Program-made: the position numbers and the translations under genes
The notes under the pieces: model-generated
Told to the model about the DNA's origin: nothing
Database searches by the model: none
Seen by the model: only the letters and a program-made list of their open reading frames with translations
Origin: Phoronis australis
Lineage: Eukaryota; Animalia; Phoronida
DNA: 43,970 bases
NCBI GenBank assembly: GCA_002633005.1
Contig: NMRA01000917.1
Location: 1-43,970, forward strand
Direction: 5' to 3'
Shown here: in pieces, positions 24,501-33,690 of the stretch
Position numbering within the stretch: the stretch's first letter is position 1
How the letters are laid out: every line of letters begins with the position of its first letter

Positions 24501-27500
24501 GTTTAGGCCACAAGGCCGGGTCCATTACATTTATCACCTGACTATGACTCATGGGGACACAATATCATCGGATTCCTCATGAGCAAAATCTTCTAATTTC
24601 ATTCAAAAAAGTTTTTGTCTTTCCTTAATTTTGGTTGGTCGATCAGAAGGTGGGTGAAAATCTTTTACAGTAATATCAAGTTCTGTGTTGTCGTAAATTG
24701 TCACCCATCTTCCTGATTCAATATTTCGCGTGGCTGCAGACAAGGTGACCCTTTATTTCCCTACATTTACATATTGTGCGCGAAATAAGGAATATTTGAT
24801 TTCGCAATATGCGGGCGACACATCAATTACGTTGGATTGGTCTAATTTGTCATTGACTACCACATTGAATGTACTACATTTGTTTGCCAGTGTCTCCGGT
24901 CTTCTAGTGAATGTGGATAAAACTAAAGCCATTTGGTTTGGAAGTAAAAGTGGTAGCGATGACGTGATTCCTGCAAAAGAAAACTGTCTTTGACAAAAAA
25001 TCTTTTTAGATTTTTGGGGGTGGATTTTGATACTAAATTAAATAGTATGAACGTTTTCACTTGATGTAAAACTTCGTTGGTTTCAATTTAGTCAGTCACA
25101 TAAGATAATCAACCGTAGCTAAGACGGTCGTGGACACGTCAGTGCAAAGACGACACCGTGTTTTTAGAAGAGCATGAACGATGCCACTACGTAGATAATA
25201 TTTCATGTTCAGACGAACAACCACTTCCACGAGCCACTCAATGAACTATTTGAATACGAAAATTGAAATTATAACAGTTATGAGTTTCGAGGATATCTCG
25301 AACTGGCGGTATCAGTGCACGTACATGTAGGCCTATTGTAGGAACGCGAATCCTGCAACATTTGTTAAAGACTGTATTTAGTATTCAAGTAGGTTTACTG
25401 ACTTCAGAGTGATACGAACGGATGCAATTTTCTCTGGTTGTCTATATTCATAAATCCTTGTAGTTGTTGAACCATTACCTACCGCAAGCCATTAGCGAAA
25501 CATCATCCAAAATGTGACCTCCATACAAAACTGACATGACATTTGTTGCCCGAAATACTACCTGTTGGAAAAGACGTTGAGAAATTAGGACGTGTAAAAC
25601 ACTGGCAAAGGTCTAAGCCTGATTCTCCTCATTTTTTAAGTGTCACTCAGTCCGTTGTAGAAATACTTTTGCTACCCCTCGCCCTTCTCTGAATGATCTG
25701 TAAGTGAAATTCCATTAACCACACTTTTCATTTTGGGATCCACTCGATTTTTTGCAAAAACACCGTTAATACAGCGACGACCATGTTTCCTGCATAGGGA
25801 GCTACTTCAGTGGGGTGTCGGTGAGTGACAACCCTTGCTAATTGTCGAATTATTTGGGCTGGCCAAGGACTGAAAAATGGGCTCAGCTTCATTCAAATAA
25901 GCATTTCAAAGTTGAAGGTTTTGAAAAAAAAAACAAATTCAATTGAAGTCTTCATCGGTTGGTGATTAATTTTCCCTGCCCTTAGTGAAATGTTCTCGTG
26001 TGGTACGTAAAAGTAACAAAAGAACTACTGCTTCAATTGAATTGTCACCAAAGAAATACGCGTGGAAACGTTTTAGTCTCGTGCCGCATACTCCCTACTT
26101 CTTATTAAATAGGTTCAGATCAACTGTGGGCCGTGGTCAGATACAAGTATGACGGGGTAGTCAAAGGTCCAAAAAAGAATGGTCAACCAGCGTATACACT
26201 GTAACGGTAGCAGTGGTTACTGTATGTCACCCGTGCTCAGACATGGATCTCAAAGCTCGAAAAAAGTATCTCTTAAACAATTTATAAGGAAAGAACCATG
26301 TCGCAACCCCTACTTCAGAGTTATTCACTTGGCACTGTAAGTGAATTTCTAGAAAATCACCACTTTAGAGATTCGCGATAAGACAAAACCTTGTCATCAC
26401 AGATTTTCCAATCTCCTTCCCTCTCATGATAAATGTGCGCGATTTCTCACGATCATTCGACAAACAGCTGACCGACGATGATAGATATTTTAAACGGCAG
26501 ATTATTATCTGTGATCACACTCCATCTGAGAGCGACAACACAGTATGAGACAAACCAGTGAAGCAAGCGATTTTCCAGAAAGAATTCCAAGTTCATTTTT
26601 AGAATTTAGTTACTACTACGATGCCTTTTTAGCTAGTTTTAAAGACTTAGGACGCACACAATGGCTAATGCTTAAAGTCGCCATCCCTTTGTTTATATCA
26701 AAGGTCAAAGGACACGTTTTTCCATATCAGGGAAATGTGTGTTACGCCTATGAATTGCCATACCAAATGAGGTGACGGATTTTGTCTTGTAGGAGGAAAA
26801 TCGGCGAAGTGACTAGCTGTTGACAGATCGTGTTTTTGAAATTCAAAATTAAAAGAAAAATGGTTTGTAATGAGCAGAAATCCAAATGTTTTACGATTCA
26901 TCAAATTTTGTCTGTTTTTCGCGTTCTAGGCCACTTTAACTTCCACTTCAAATACCTTTTAAGGTTGGGACTTTAGACACGTGTCATGTCACGTGTTCCA
27001 GTGTCTAAGTGTAAGATCCACATGGGTTATTCTCCCTTCGCTACTTTTAAAATAACGGTCAGGAGGGAAAACGCTGCTTTCAACTGCCAACATACCTTGT
27101 ATGGTGAGGTGGTAAGTTGAGATACGTCGATAAAGGCCCTCTTCCAACTGTTGCCCTGTCTTCCACTTACAGAGAATACATTTATTTCTGCATTGCCTTG
27201 AGAGATAGAAACAGTGAGAGGGCCCAGTCCTTGATAACTCATAAAATAATAGAATTCCAGGGCACACCCTTTGTCTGAAGACATCTGTGACTTGAGTGCT
27301 GTGCTCTGGTTGAGGCTTGCTATGTGTACTTTTCTGCTTGCGTACATTGCCTTACCTGTAAATGACATTTTTCAAACGCCTCACTAGCATTAGGTAAAAC
27401 CACGTAGTATCGTATAAGTACATGCCTTTGATGCCACAGAAAACAGCAAATACGAACCTCCTTGTTAAACAGGAAGCACTTCTATCATCCACCACCAGGG

Positions 27501-29548
27501 AGAGATCTCTCTCGAGAGAGAGTGTTAATTGCCCTCTCGCAAGCTCAGCGCCTTGTGTAATGTCGACAAACAAACAATAAGATTTACCCGGAAACGTGTT
27601 GTGTTTCGGGTAAAATCGGGCGGCTTGGAAACAAAGGTGTGTCATGAATGCTGCGCTCTGATTAGTCAAATAAGCTGTCACTCAAAATCCTGGTGATAGG
27701 ATACGAGATTCTTGACCAGGTGACGACCAGAACTGCGTGGGCGGTGGGGATTTTCGAGGGATATAAAAAAATTACAAACATCATAGATCATAGACAAATT
27801 GTCTATCCACGCATCGTACCCACGCTGTAATCATTACAAATGATTTGACGCTAGTCTTCATAACGTTATTCCTCTGGCTACTCTACCAGACAGTGTATTA
27901 TGTAATGGCATGCACAGTATGTCTTATCACAGAACAATGACAAACGTTATTTTCCCCGGTGTTAATCAAACTACAAACTGGGCTTTACATGTGCAACCAA
28001 AAGCTCATTCTTAGAAAACTGAAATCAGACTATCCCGGCAACAGTTAATTCCGTAAGACACGTTTTGTGAAACACGAGATTCTATTTTTAATGAACTTAA
28101 TGGCCAATCTCCTCAATTGGTGACAGATCTAGTTAGAAAACTGAAAATAACGACGATGGTTAGCTTCACACTTACCAGTTGCACTGCGATCAGAAGTACC
28201 TGGTCCTTCACGAAGGTTTGTTAAATCCTTCAGCTCCCAAAAGTAGTTGTAGTATCTATATTTTCCACTTCTAAAGATTTCTATACTGTACCCGCATATT
28301 GTGTCGTCATCAAATGAGCAACTTATTTTGTCGCATCCCGATAGCTTCAAAACTGAAACAGAAATATGGCAGTGTGGCGCTAACTACATGTACGGGACAA
28401 CTATACTGACTTCATTCCGGACTCTAATTGAGGAATTGGTTTACGGAATGTTTGTTAAACAAAATCAGTGTTGGCTGTACCAAGAATTTCCCATAATATT
28501 CCGTGATACCATTACAAAAATACACAGTTTGCCATTCGTAAATCTTAAAGGGATACCAAATGCCAGTCTTGGCCCATTAACTGATACTAACAACGACTTT
28601 CCCATCCAGTTTTCTGAAACGAAAGAATGCTCTGTAACCCTCGACAACCCCAAAAAATTTGAAAGGAAAATTTAAAATTCTTTTCAAAGTCTGCTAAACG
28701 GGCAAGCGAGGCCTACGCTTTAGGCGAGTTACAGGACAATTGTACACACCAAAAACCATAATATCCAATCTGGGTCACAGAGAACATTGAGTTTTTATTC
28801 AAATGCTGCTTTTGCCATTCAAGTAGATGCCAGTAATGCCTTAGCGTGTGGCACATGTAGATAGCAAGGTTGGTTGAAATCACAAAACAGGATTTAGTAT
28901 GCTTTAAATAAACCTCTGTCTGCCTGCGTTTACCGGGATATTTAGGACAAAATGGCACTTTGATGTTTTACAAACAAACTCAGAAGAAAAAGTTTCAAAT
29001 GTATTTTGATATTGAGAATAGCATAAGCCGATGAGGGCAAGGGTTACCTGTTTCATAACCTATCTAACGCCGGTCATTTTGGTGCAAACTATAGAAAACT
29101 GTGAAAGCCGAAAACCAAGTCATTCGGAAAACATCCTTGATCATAGAGTGATGGGATTGCACAAAGGTGAGTATGTAGTGCGAAACTAGTGAAATTAGTT
29201 TTTCCATGATCTCCATCTTAAATAAGTTAATCTAAGATTATCTAGGTTTTATCTTAGATAATAATAATAACAAAAACAACAACATTAATAATAATAAAAA
29301 TACCAAAATCAATTATAATAATAGTAATAGAACTATTCCTCTTCACAAAAATATGTAATAATAATGATGGTGATGGTGATCGTCATCACTATTCTGATAG
29401 TCATAATGTTAGTGGCAATGGTGAAAGCGATAAAAGTGAAAGTATTATAATGAAATGCCGGTGAGTTATCAATTCCCTTGAATAAAATGTCATTACCTGC
29501 TATCCCGTGCAGAACAAGTAAAACCCAGCGACAGACCGCGTAATCCAT
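397..29548 (-). CDS. Multi-exon gene (3' end outside window): secreted/cell-surface protein SP-[MAM-(EGF)3]x4-MAM(partial); 18 coding exons, 3745 nt in window
   Basis: All exons are bounded by canonical AG/GT with compatible phases (SP ends 1; A 1-1; B 1-0; C 0-1; E 1-1). Exon lengths are identical in every unit (177/260/79/363) and the joined frame has no stops. MAM motifs (CSFDD..CG, W...GP..DH, GC.LEFYYFM, G.QG.SW, VVFRA, GGH.LDDVSL..C) and six-Cys EGF spacing are recognisable. Confidence 0.9.
1046..1408 (-). CDS. Unit 4 EGF exon E4 (3 EGF repeats)
   Basis: tttttttcag| acceptor, T|gtaagt donor, 363 nt. Confidence 0.88.
1845..2090. mobile_element. MITE with imperfect TIRs, containing a 13-N assembly gap (1869-1881)
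   Basis: catgagcgcacccag ... ctgtgtgcgcgcatc inverted termini, G/C-run subterminal hairpin, flanked by cacttccactg / cactccactg. Confidence 0.55.
2416..3844. mobile_element. ~1.4-kb non-autonomous DNA transposon remnant (TTAA|AG left end, Kolobok-like)
   Basis: Left ttaa|agtccttctctcacgcg and right acgctcagagagaagggtc form an imperfect inverted pair. Similarity to the unit-2 intron stops near 2410 and resumes near 3840. No coding remnant recognised. Confidence 0.4.
5513..6310 (+). pseudogene. Truncated Kolobok transposase: THAP zinc finger, S/P-rich linker and CxxC...C..GH region; DDE core deleted
   Basis: MPHCCCVPGC..HRFP..W..R..LCGKHF..AIPSV is a THAP signature. It is followed by KFIVDLSKVLELFRRCQVC, a stop at 6190, then GAQVTIQWECVAGHS and frameshifted WDSCSSVRGMPEVHL. 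Confidence 0.85.
6305..6603 (-). pseudogene. KolX accessory gene remnant (Cys-rich, similar to the P2X7 C-terminal domain)
   Basis: aaaATGg at 6603 gives MAGVGD...GYMFEPEYNE. After a stop and frameshift it reads RRGDTSWCKCTVCVVMPTSMECLCCSE, the YxFEP...WCxCxxCxxMPTxxECxCCxE motif. This frame is not in the ORF track. Confidence 0.8.
7177..7255 (-). CDS. Unit 4 MAM exon C (VVFRATNVNTSVYGGHVLDDVSLLAC)
   Basis: ccaaccag| acceptor, G|gtaggt donor, 79 nt. Confidence 0.88.
8902..9161 (-). CDS. Unit 4 MAM exon B
   Basis: tttacag| acceptor, AAG|gtacat donor, 260 nt. Confidence 0.9.
9940..10116 (-). CDS. Unit 4 MAM exon A
   Basis: tttcag|GT acceptor, CAG|gtaagt donor, 177 nt. Confidence 0.9.
10629..10991 (-). 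CDS. Unit 3 EGF exon E3 (3 EGF repeats)
   Basis: ctttcag| acceptor, T|gtaagt donor, 363 nt. Confidence 0.88.
13232..13310 (-). CDS. Unit 3 MAM exon C (VVFRAANSDSDPYGGHILDDVSLLAC)
   Basis: ccaacag| acceptor, G|gtaggt donor, 79 nt. Confidence 0.88.
14693..14952 (-). CDS. Unit 3 MAM exon B
   Basis: tttacag| acceptor, AAG|gtatgt donor, 260 nt. Confidence 0.9.
16052..16228 (-). CDS. Unit 3 MAM exon A
   Basis: tttcag|GT acceptor, CAG|gtatgt donor, 177 nt. Confidence 0.9.
16722..17084 (-). CDS. Unit 2 EGF exon E2 (3 EGF repeats)
   Basis: tttttcag| acceptor, T|gtaagt donor, 363 nt. Confidence 0.88.
19293..19371 (-). CDS. Unit 2 MAM exon C (VVFRATNGDSVPYGGHILDDVSLLDC)
   Basis: ccaacag| acceptor, weaker G|gttggt donor, 79 nt. 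Confidence 0.85.
20667..20926 (-). CDS. Unit 2 MAM exon B
   Basis: tttacag| acceptor, AAG|gtacat donor, 260 nt. Confidence 0.9.
21984..22160 (-). CDS. Unit 2 MAM exon A
   Basis: tttcag|GT acceptor, CAG|gtaaga donor, 177 nt. Confidence 0.9.
22671..23033 (-). CDS. Unit 1 EGF exon E1 (3 EGF repeats, third of Ca-binding type)
   Basis: cttcttcag| acceptor, T|gtaagt donor, 363 nt. Confidence 0.88.
24610..25110 (+). mobile_element. Decayed non-LTR retrotransposon reverse-transcriptase fragment (L1/Tx1-like)
   Basis: FNFGWSIRRWVKIFYSNI, RGCRQGDPLFPYIYILCA, ISQYAGDT (degenerate YADD) and SGLLVNVDKTKAIWFG, with stops and frameshifts. Confidence 0.85.
25483..25561 (-). CDS. Unit 1 MAM exon C (VVFRATNVMSVLYGGHILDDVSLMAC)
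   Basis: ccaacag| acceptor, G|gtaggt donor, 79 nt; MAM C-terminal DD.L..C motif; too short to appear in the ORF track. Confidence 0.88.
27096..27355 (-). CDS. Unit 1 MAM exon B (KAMYASRK...GCALEFYYFM...GRQGNSWKRAFIDV...PYK)
   Basis: tttacag| acceptor, AAG|gtatgt donor, 260 nt. Confidence 0.9.
28176..28352 (-). CDS. Unit 1 MAM exon A (LKLSGCDKISCSFDDDTICGYSIEIFRSGKYRYYNYFWELKDL...GPGTSDRSAT)
   Basis: tttcag| acceptor, G|gtaagt donor, 177 nt, MAM N-terminal motifs. Confidence 0.9.
28549..28903. mobile_element. 355-bp TTAA-flanked non-autonomous element (Kolobok-type MITE)
   Basis: TTAA|AGGGATACCAAAT ... ATTTAGTATGCT|TTAA; absent from the four paralogous introns. Confidence 0.6.
29256..29450. 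repeat. Degenerate (AAT/AAC/GAT)n low-complexity tract
   Basis: ataataataacaaaaacaacaac..., aataataatgatggtgatggtgat. Confidence 0.8.
29497..29548 (-). CDS. First coding exon: signal peptide MDYAVCRWVLLVLHGIA(V)
   Basis: aaaATGg start context, hydrophobic core and GCAG|gtaatg phase-1 donor. Joining to exon A1 (starts TT) gives ...HGIAVLKLSG-CDK, a plausible cleavage site. An acceptor ttgtttccag| at 29576-29585 implies an upstream 5'UTR exon. Confidence 0.8.
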
Positions 29549-29604
29549 TTTCGTCTCTATATGTCCTGGTCTCGTCTGGAAACAACGACAGTTTTCTTAC
29601 AAAA

Positions 29605-29753
29605 CACAGGCGCCACAGCACTGAGATAAGTAGGGGGAGCTGTAGCCCCCCAGCCCCCTATGTTGCGCATCTCATGTAGCATGGGGGGCGCAGCACTGAA
29701 ATAAGTGGAGAAGGACCTTTATTCCCCCAGCACCCTATGGTGCGCCACCCATG
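29605..29753. mobile_element. Two tandem ~73-bp related MITE-like units
   Basis: Shared cagcactga(g/a)ataagt and ccccag(c)..cctatg.tgcgc; the second copy has TIRs catggggggcgca / tgcgccacccatg (29680-29753). Confidence 0.55.
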
Positions 29754-31639
29754 AAAAGGTGATTATGATGACTGACAATAAAGTGTCAATAAACAACAAG
29801 GCATGAACCATAACAGTTTCGGTGTGATAAAAGCTCAGTATAAATCATAAGATTATTTGTAGGTCCCCAATTCAGTAATTGGCTGGCTCTTCAGTTTACA
29901 TGTATGTATCCGTCAGTGAGTGATGTCGACATATACTGCATCATCTGGGACGTCTGCTTGATTGAATTAAACGCAAAATCTAGACTCATTGATTTTGCTG
30001 CTTTGTTACATCAACACATACTGATCACAAGATAAATACAACTTGTGTGACCAAATACATGTCTCTGCAATTAATTAACTGCTGCTTATGGAATTGAGCA
30101 GACTGAGAATTATTTCCAATTATTTCCAGACGCAATGCAAAAATTACTGATCTGTTCCATCTAATAAAGTTCCTGTCAAATGTGGTAGACAAGGCGCACC
30201 AACAAATTGTAATACATGTATGATTCTGCTATGACTTACTCGAGCACGGTCGAGTTTGCAAACACAATGTTTGCCAATGGCGATCTCGCTTTTATTCGTT
30301 AAGCAGCTAACAGATTCTTGTCCTGGTGAGGTATGTACAGAAGAATTTGAATTTGCGCGCGTTGGCCAAAACACACGAACTTCTGAAAAAGGTTGCTCGG
30401 GACACGTAAAGCACAGGCAGACGATGGACACTGAAAACTTTGCTGAACCTAAGCTCCCAACTTCAACTGTCCCAATTCAAATAAAATCTGCGTGCACATC
30501 ACTCAAAGTGGTATTAAATAAACCTTGAAAGTACATGTATAATCTGTCCTTGATTCCATCAAATTGTTCGTGTGAGTTGCGAATTGGAGACGAAATTTCC
30601 AAACAAACGCAAAACTCTGAATTCAAAGAGGTTAAATATTTAACATGGCGGAATTCAGTTGTGCTTTAACTTGAAGATAAAATTTCGATTTTGAGCAAGG
30701 AACCCGTAAGTCAGTCAAGAAATCTGCCCCAAATTTAAATGATTGAGGTTACTAAAACGAACCTTTCACGTAAGTGTAATTTGTTTAGTATCTTATACCT
30801 CATTTTAGCCTTTGATGTAGAATTTAGTTGTATTTGATTTTGAGATTATGTGTTACTCTTGGCGAAGATTTGCGATGTCTGACCGCACCTATCGGCAGCT
30901 GCTGGATCAAGTTCGCAGCAGGCCTGCCGTACTAGCCAGCAACTCGTGGTTCTTCAGTTATAAAAATTGTTAGTTTTCAAAACCACAGTTCAAATACATT
31001 CAAACTGATACTTAATTATATTGAGGTCATTCAAATAACATACGTGGGCACGCGAAAACAGAGCTTCAGACTTGATTCGGGAGTGTTCGTGAAAAAATCC
31101 CGGATATTTACGAAGGTCGTCTGCCATGAACGTCACAAAATAATGCCCTGGAGTTTGTGATTTTGGCGTTTTTTCGACATTTCTGTCGCCAAATCACCAC
31201 TCAAATGCACTTTGATGTGATCACGTGAAAGAAGGAATTCAAAGATTTGTTCGAAGCTGATTTCGCAGAGTTCTATGAATATTTGAGGAAACCGATTTTT
31301 AGAGTCCAACCTTTATGTTTTATTATGTAATGATTGACGTCAGTAGTGATCAAGCAACAGATAAACGCCAGCGCCTATGACACAAAGCCGTTTCGGTTGT
31401 TTAAAACTCCTAATATTAAGGGTTGTGAGCAAGTGACACGAGAACACGATAAGTAAATTGCGGTTTCGGTGGTCAAAGTCCATTGAAAAGCTTGTAAAGC
31501 AACAGCCGTCAAGCTAGCTGTGAGTAATGGGGCTATTCGGAAAATCTACGATAACTAGAGGGCGTGCGTGTACTAGTGGTGATAGATTAACAGCCTCGAT
31601 TTCGCGAGCCCTTTAAATACATGGTGAAATGGCTTGCAG

Positions 31640-33690
31640 CCGTGCCAACTGAATCTGAGATTGCGTAAAAAGGGTGCTTCTGTGAGAGGAAGTAAGCACG
31701 ACCTCATACAAAGGTAAGGTTTGTGATTATTTTAACGATTATTCCATGATTATTCTACCGATGCCTGTTAACTGAGGCATTCGCCGATGTCGACTTCGCG
31801 GCAGTCAGTCGCCAGCCAGAGTCTGGTTAATCTTTGTATGTTGTGATATGTGATACGGTACTTGACGTAGCAATCGGGATCTTTTCGTACAGTACATCAA
31901 AGCATTATTATTGTTTGGAATGATTTCTAAAAGTTTATCAGTGACAGTTGAATCAATCAATGCTGAATGTTTATGCTGTCAACTCGATACAGGTTAACGA
32001 GTTAAGATTACAATCCAATCCCAATGGCAAAGGGTACGTGAGTGATAAATATCCATTGCATTAGACTATTTGTTTACTCCCTATCATATGTCTTCTGGAA
32101 ATCTACACGTTGAAATGGAAATCTATCACGTCAGTTTTCACGTAACCTTTGGTTTTTAGGTTTGAAGGCTTGTACCGTGCAGAGAAGATGTGCATCGCTT
32201 CTGTACCGTCCCTGAATGGACAAAAATTGGTTTTTAGCATTTGACTGCAGCTAACCAACAAGATCTTCCCATCCAGTGCAGATCTGTTATCAAAGCCTAC
32301 TTTCAATATTGGAGACAACGAACAAAGCCTTTGAAAAGGAACAGCTATTTTTAAAGTCATTTTGTTAAATTACTTATTCAGGTCCCGAGGGGGGATTGGC
32401 ATGGGGGTTGTAATATTTGGTACAACTGAATGTGTGGAAATAACAGGTAATACATGTTTGGGGAAAAGAGCATGGTGAGGTAATTCTTAACCTTCACGAA
32501 GTCCCTTCAAGTTGATTTCATGAAACTGTTTTGCTACTTGTATCAATTGTAAAACCACGAAAATATATTACATTTTCCAAATTCACAGTGACTGAATAGT
32601 CTTAACTCATGCCTTGAAATGTTGCAAGTCGTTATAAATTCAAATGACTGCCATTTTTGTGAAAATTGCATTTTTGATGGTGCCTTACGATTTGTAATTA
32701 CTCTTAAACAACAGAAAGATTATCCATCATTTTTAAATGACCCAAGTCTTCATATCTTCTATTAGAAGAAAAACGGTTCCCTCAACCTTAGGCTAGAAGT
32801 ATGCTTGACAGACCCATGAACCTGTAATCTGAGTTTAAAATTGCTGAAAGTATCAAAATTAAAAAGGCTTGAAAATGGGTAACAAAGGTTTGAAGTTGTC
32901 TCAAAAAACTTGTATATTTTACAGACAAGTGATGCGTTTAAAGAATTGTTATGGCTAGGGATAAAAAATAAAGACACAGTTTTATGCAATACTCATTATA
33001 TACACCCTTGGTTTCTGAAAATAGTAATTATTTACTTTTATGTGAAACTGTAGACCAATCACCATATATTTTTGAAAAACAGGGATAACATTTTTGATCC
33101 AATCTGGAGTACTTAATTATTCATATTTCAATATTTGTTCCAGGTTCAGTGACATTTTAAGGCCACTTCAAGCTGTATCATAGACAAGCTTTGTTACTCC
33201 GTTCTCTTCCCACAGCACTTCCACACACCAGCAGTGCTGCATGGCACAATGTGCAAGTCAGTGGCCCTGGAGAAATGTGAATCGCAGTACTAAGTTACCA
33301 TAAGACAATGTGCCAGTGGAGTGTCTGTGTATCCAGACGAACTATATCTGACTGCTACACAAATAAGCCTTGTTGGTGAGGATGCCCTTTCATAGGCAAT
33401 GAGTCATGTGTGGACAATAGCTTATTTCCTTTCCTGGAAGAAACATGAGGGACTGAAGCTAAAGAAGACCTAGTCACACTCTGGTCTAGTTCAGAGTCTG
33501 ATTTTGGGCTCAAAACGATTCAAGTGATATGCTGCTGTGTTTACCTTCAAGGGTCTAATTGTGGATGTTATTGAGGCTGAATGAGGTTACATGAAAGAAA
33601 GCCACGTGTTGAAACTGGACCTTTTTTACAAGCGCTTCTATAGGCCATTGAAACTAGAACCCAGTGAAATGAAAGCCAAAAGCTGAGTGA
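31640..33690 (+). pseudogene. ISL2EU accessory gene remnant: SAP motif exon and YqaJ-like exonuclease exon
   Basis: LRKKGASVRGSKHDLIQR|gtaag (31657-31713). From 33144: TPAVLHGTMCKSVALEKCE..VTIRQC..VYPDELYLTATQISLVGED, VQSLILGSKR..AVFTFKGLIV and LKLDLFYKRFYRP, with many disruptions. Confidence 0.7.

Larger units (their letters stand above)
75..29170. repeat. Intragenic tandem duplication, ~6-kb unit including introns (exon A spacing 6192, 5932, 6112, 9543 bp)
   Basis: Exons and intron blocks recur, e.g. caaccaaaagct...gaaaactga...cag-like at ~105, 9790, 15905, 27995 and ttagacctgaacacgttac at 2202 and 17195. The longer last spacing is accounted for by TE insertions. Confidence 0.92.

Noticed and set aside
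397-28352. Dscam-like mutually exclusive exon clusters
   Set aside because: Homologous exons are interleaved A-B-C-E and join in frame serially; they are not clustered alternatives of one exon
397-28352. Five separate tandem genes
   Set aside because: Only one convincing signal-peptide/ATG exon exists, there are no terminal exons between units, and the C>E>A phases join perfectly
397-29548. Annotation as Notch, Delta/Jagged, Crumbs, fibropellin, zonadhesin or MALRD1
   Set aside because: No LNR/ankyrin, DSL, laminin-G, CUB/avidin, VWD or LDLa domains are seen; the EGF similarity is generic, so no gene symbol is given
26959-31315. Possible large TIR pair (ttaaggttgggactttaga / tttagagtccaacctttat) enclosing the first three coding exons
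   Set aside because: The match is short and imperfect with no clean TSD; more likely ends of unrelated Kolobok-type relics
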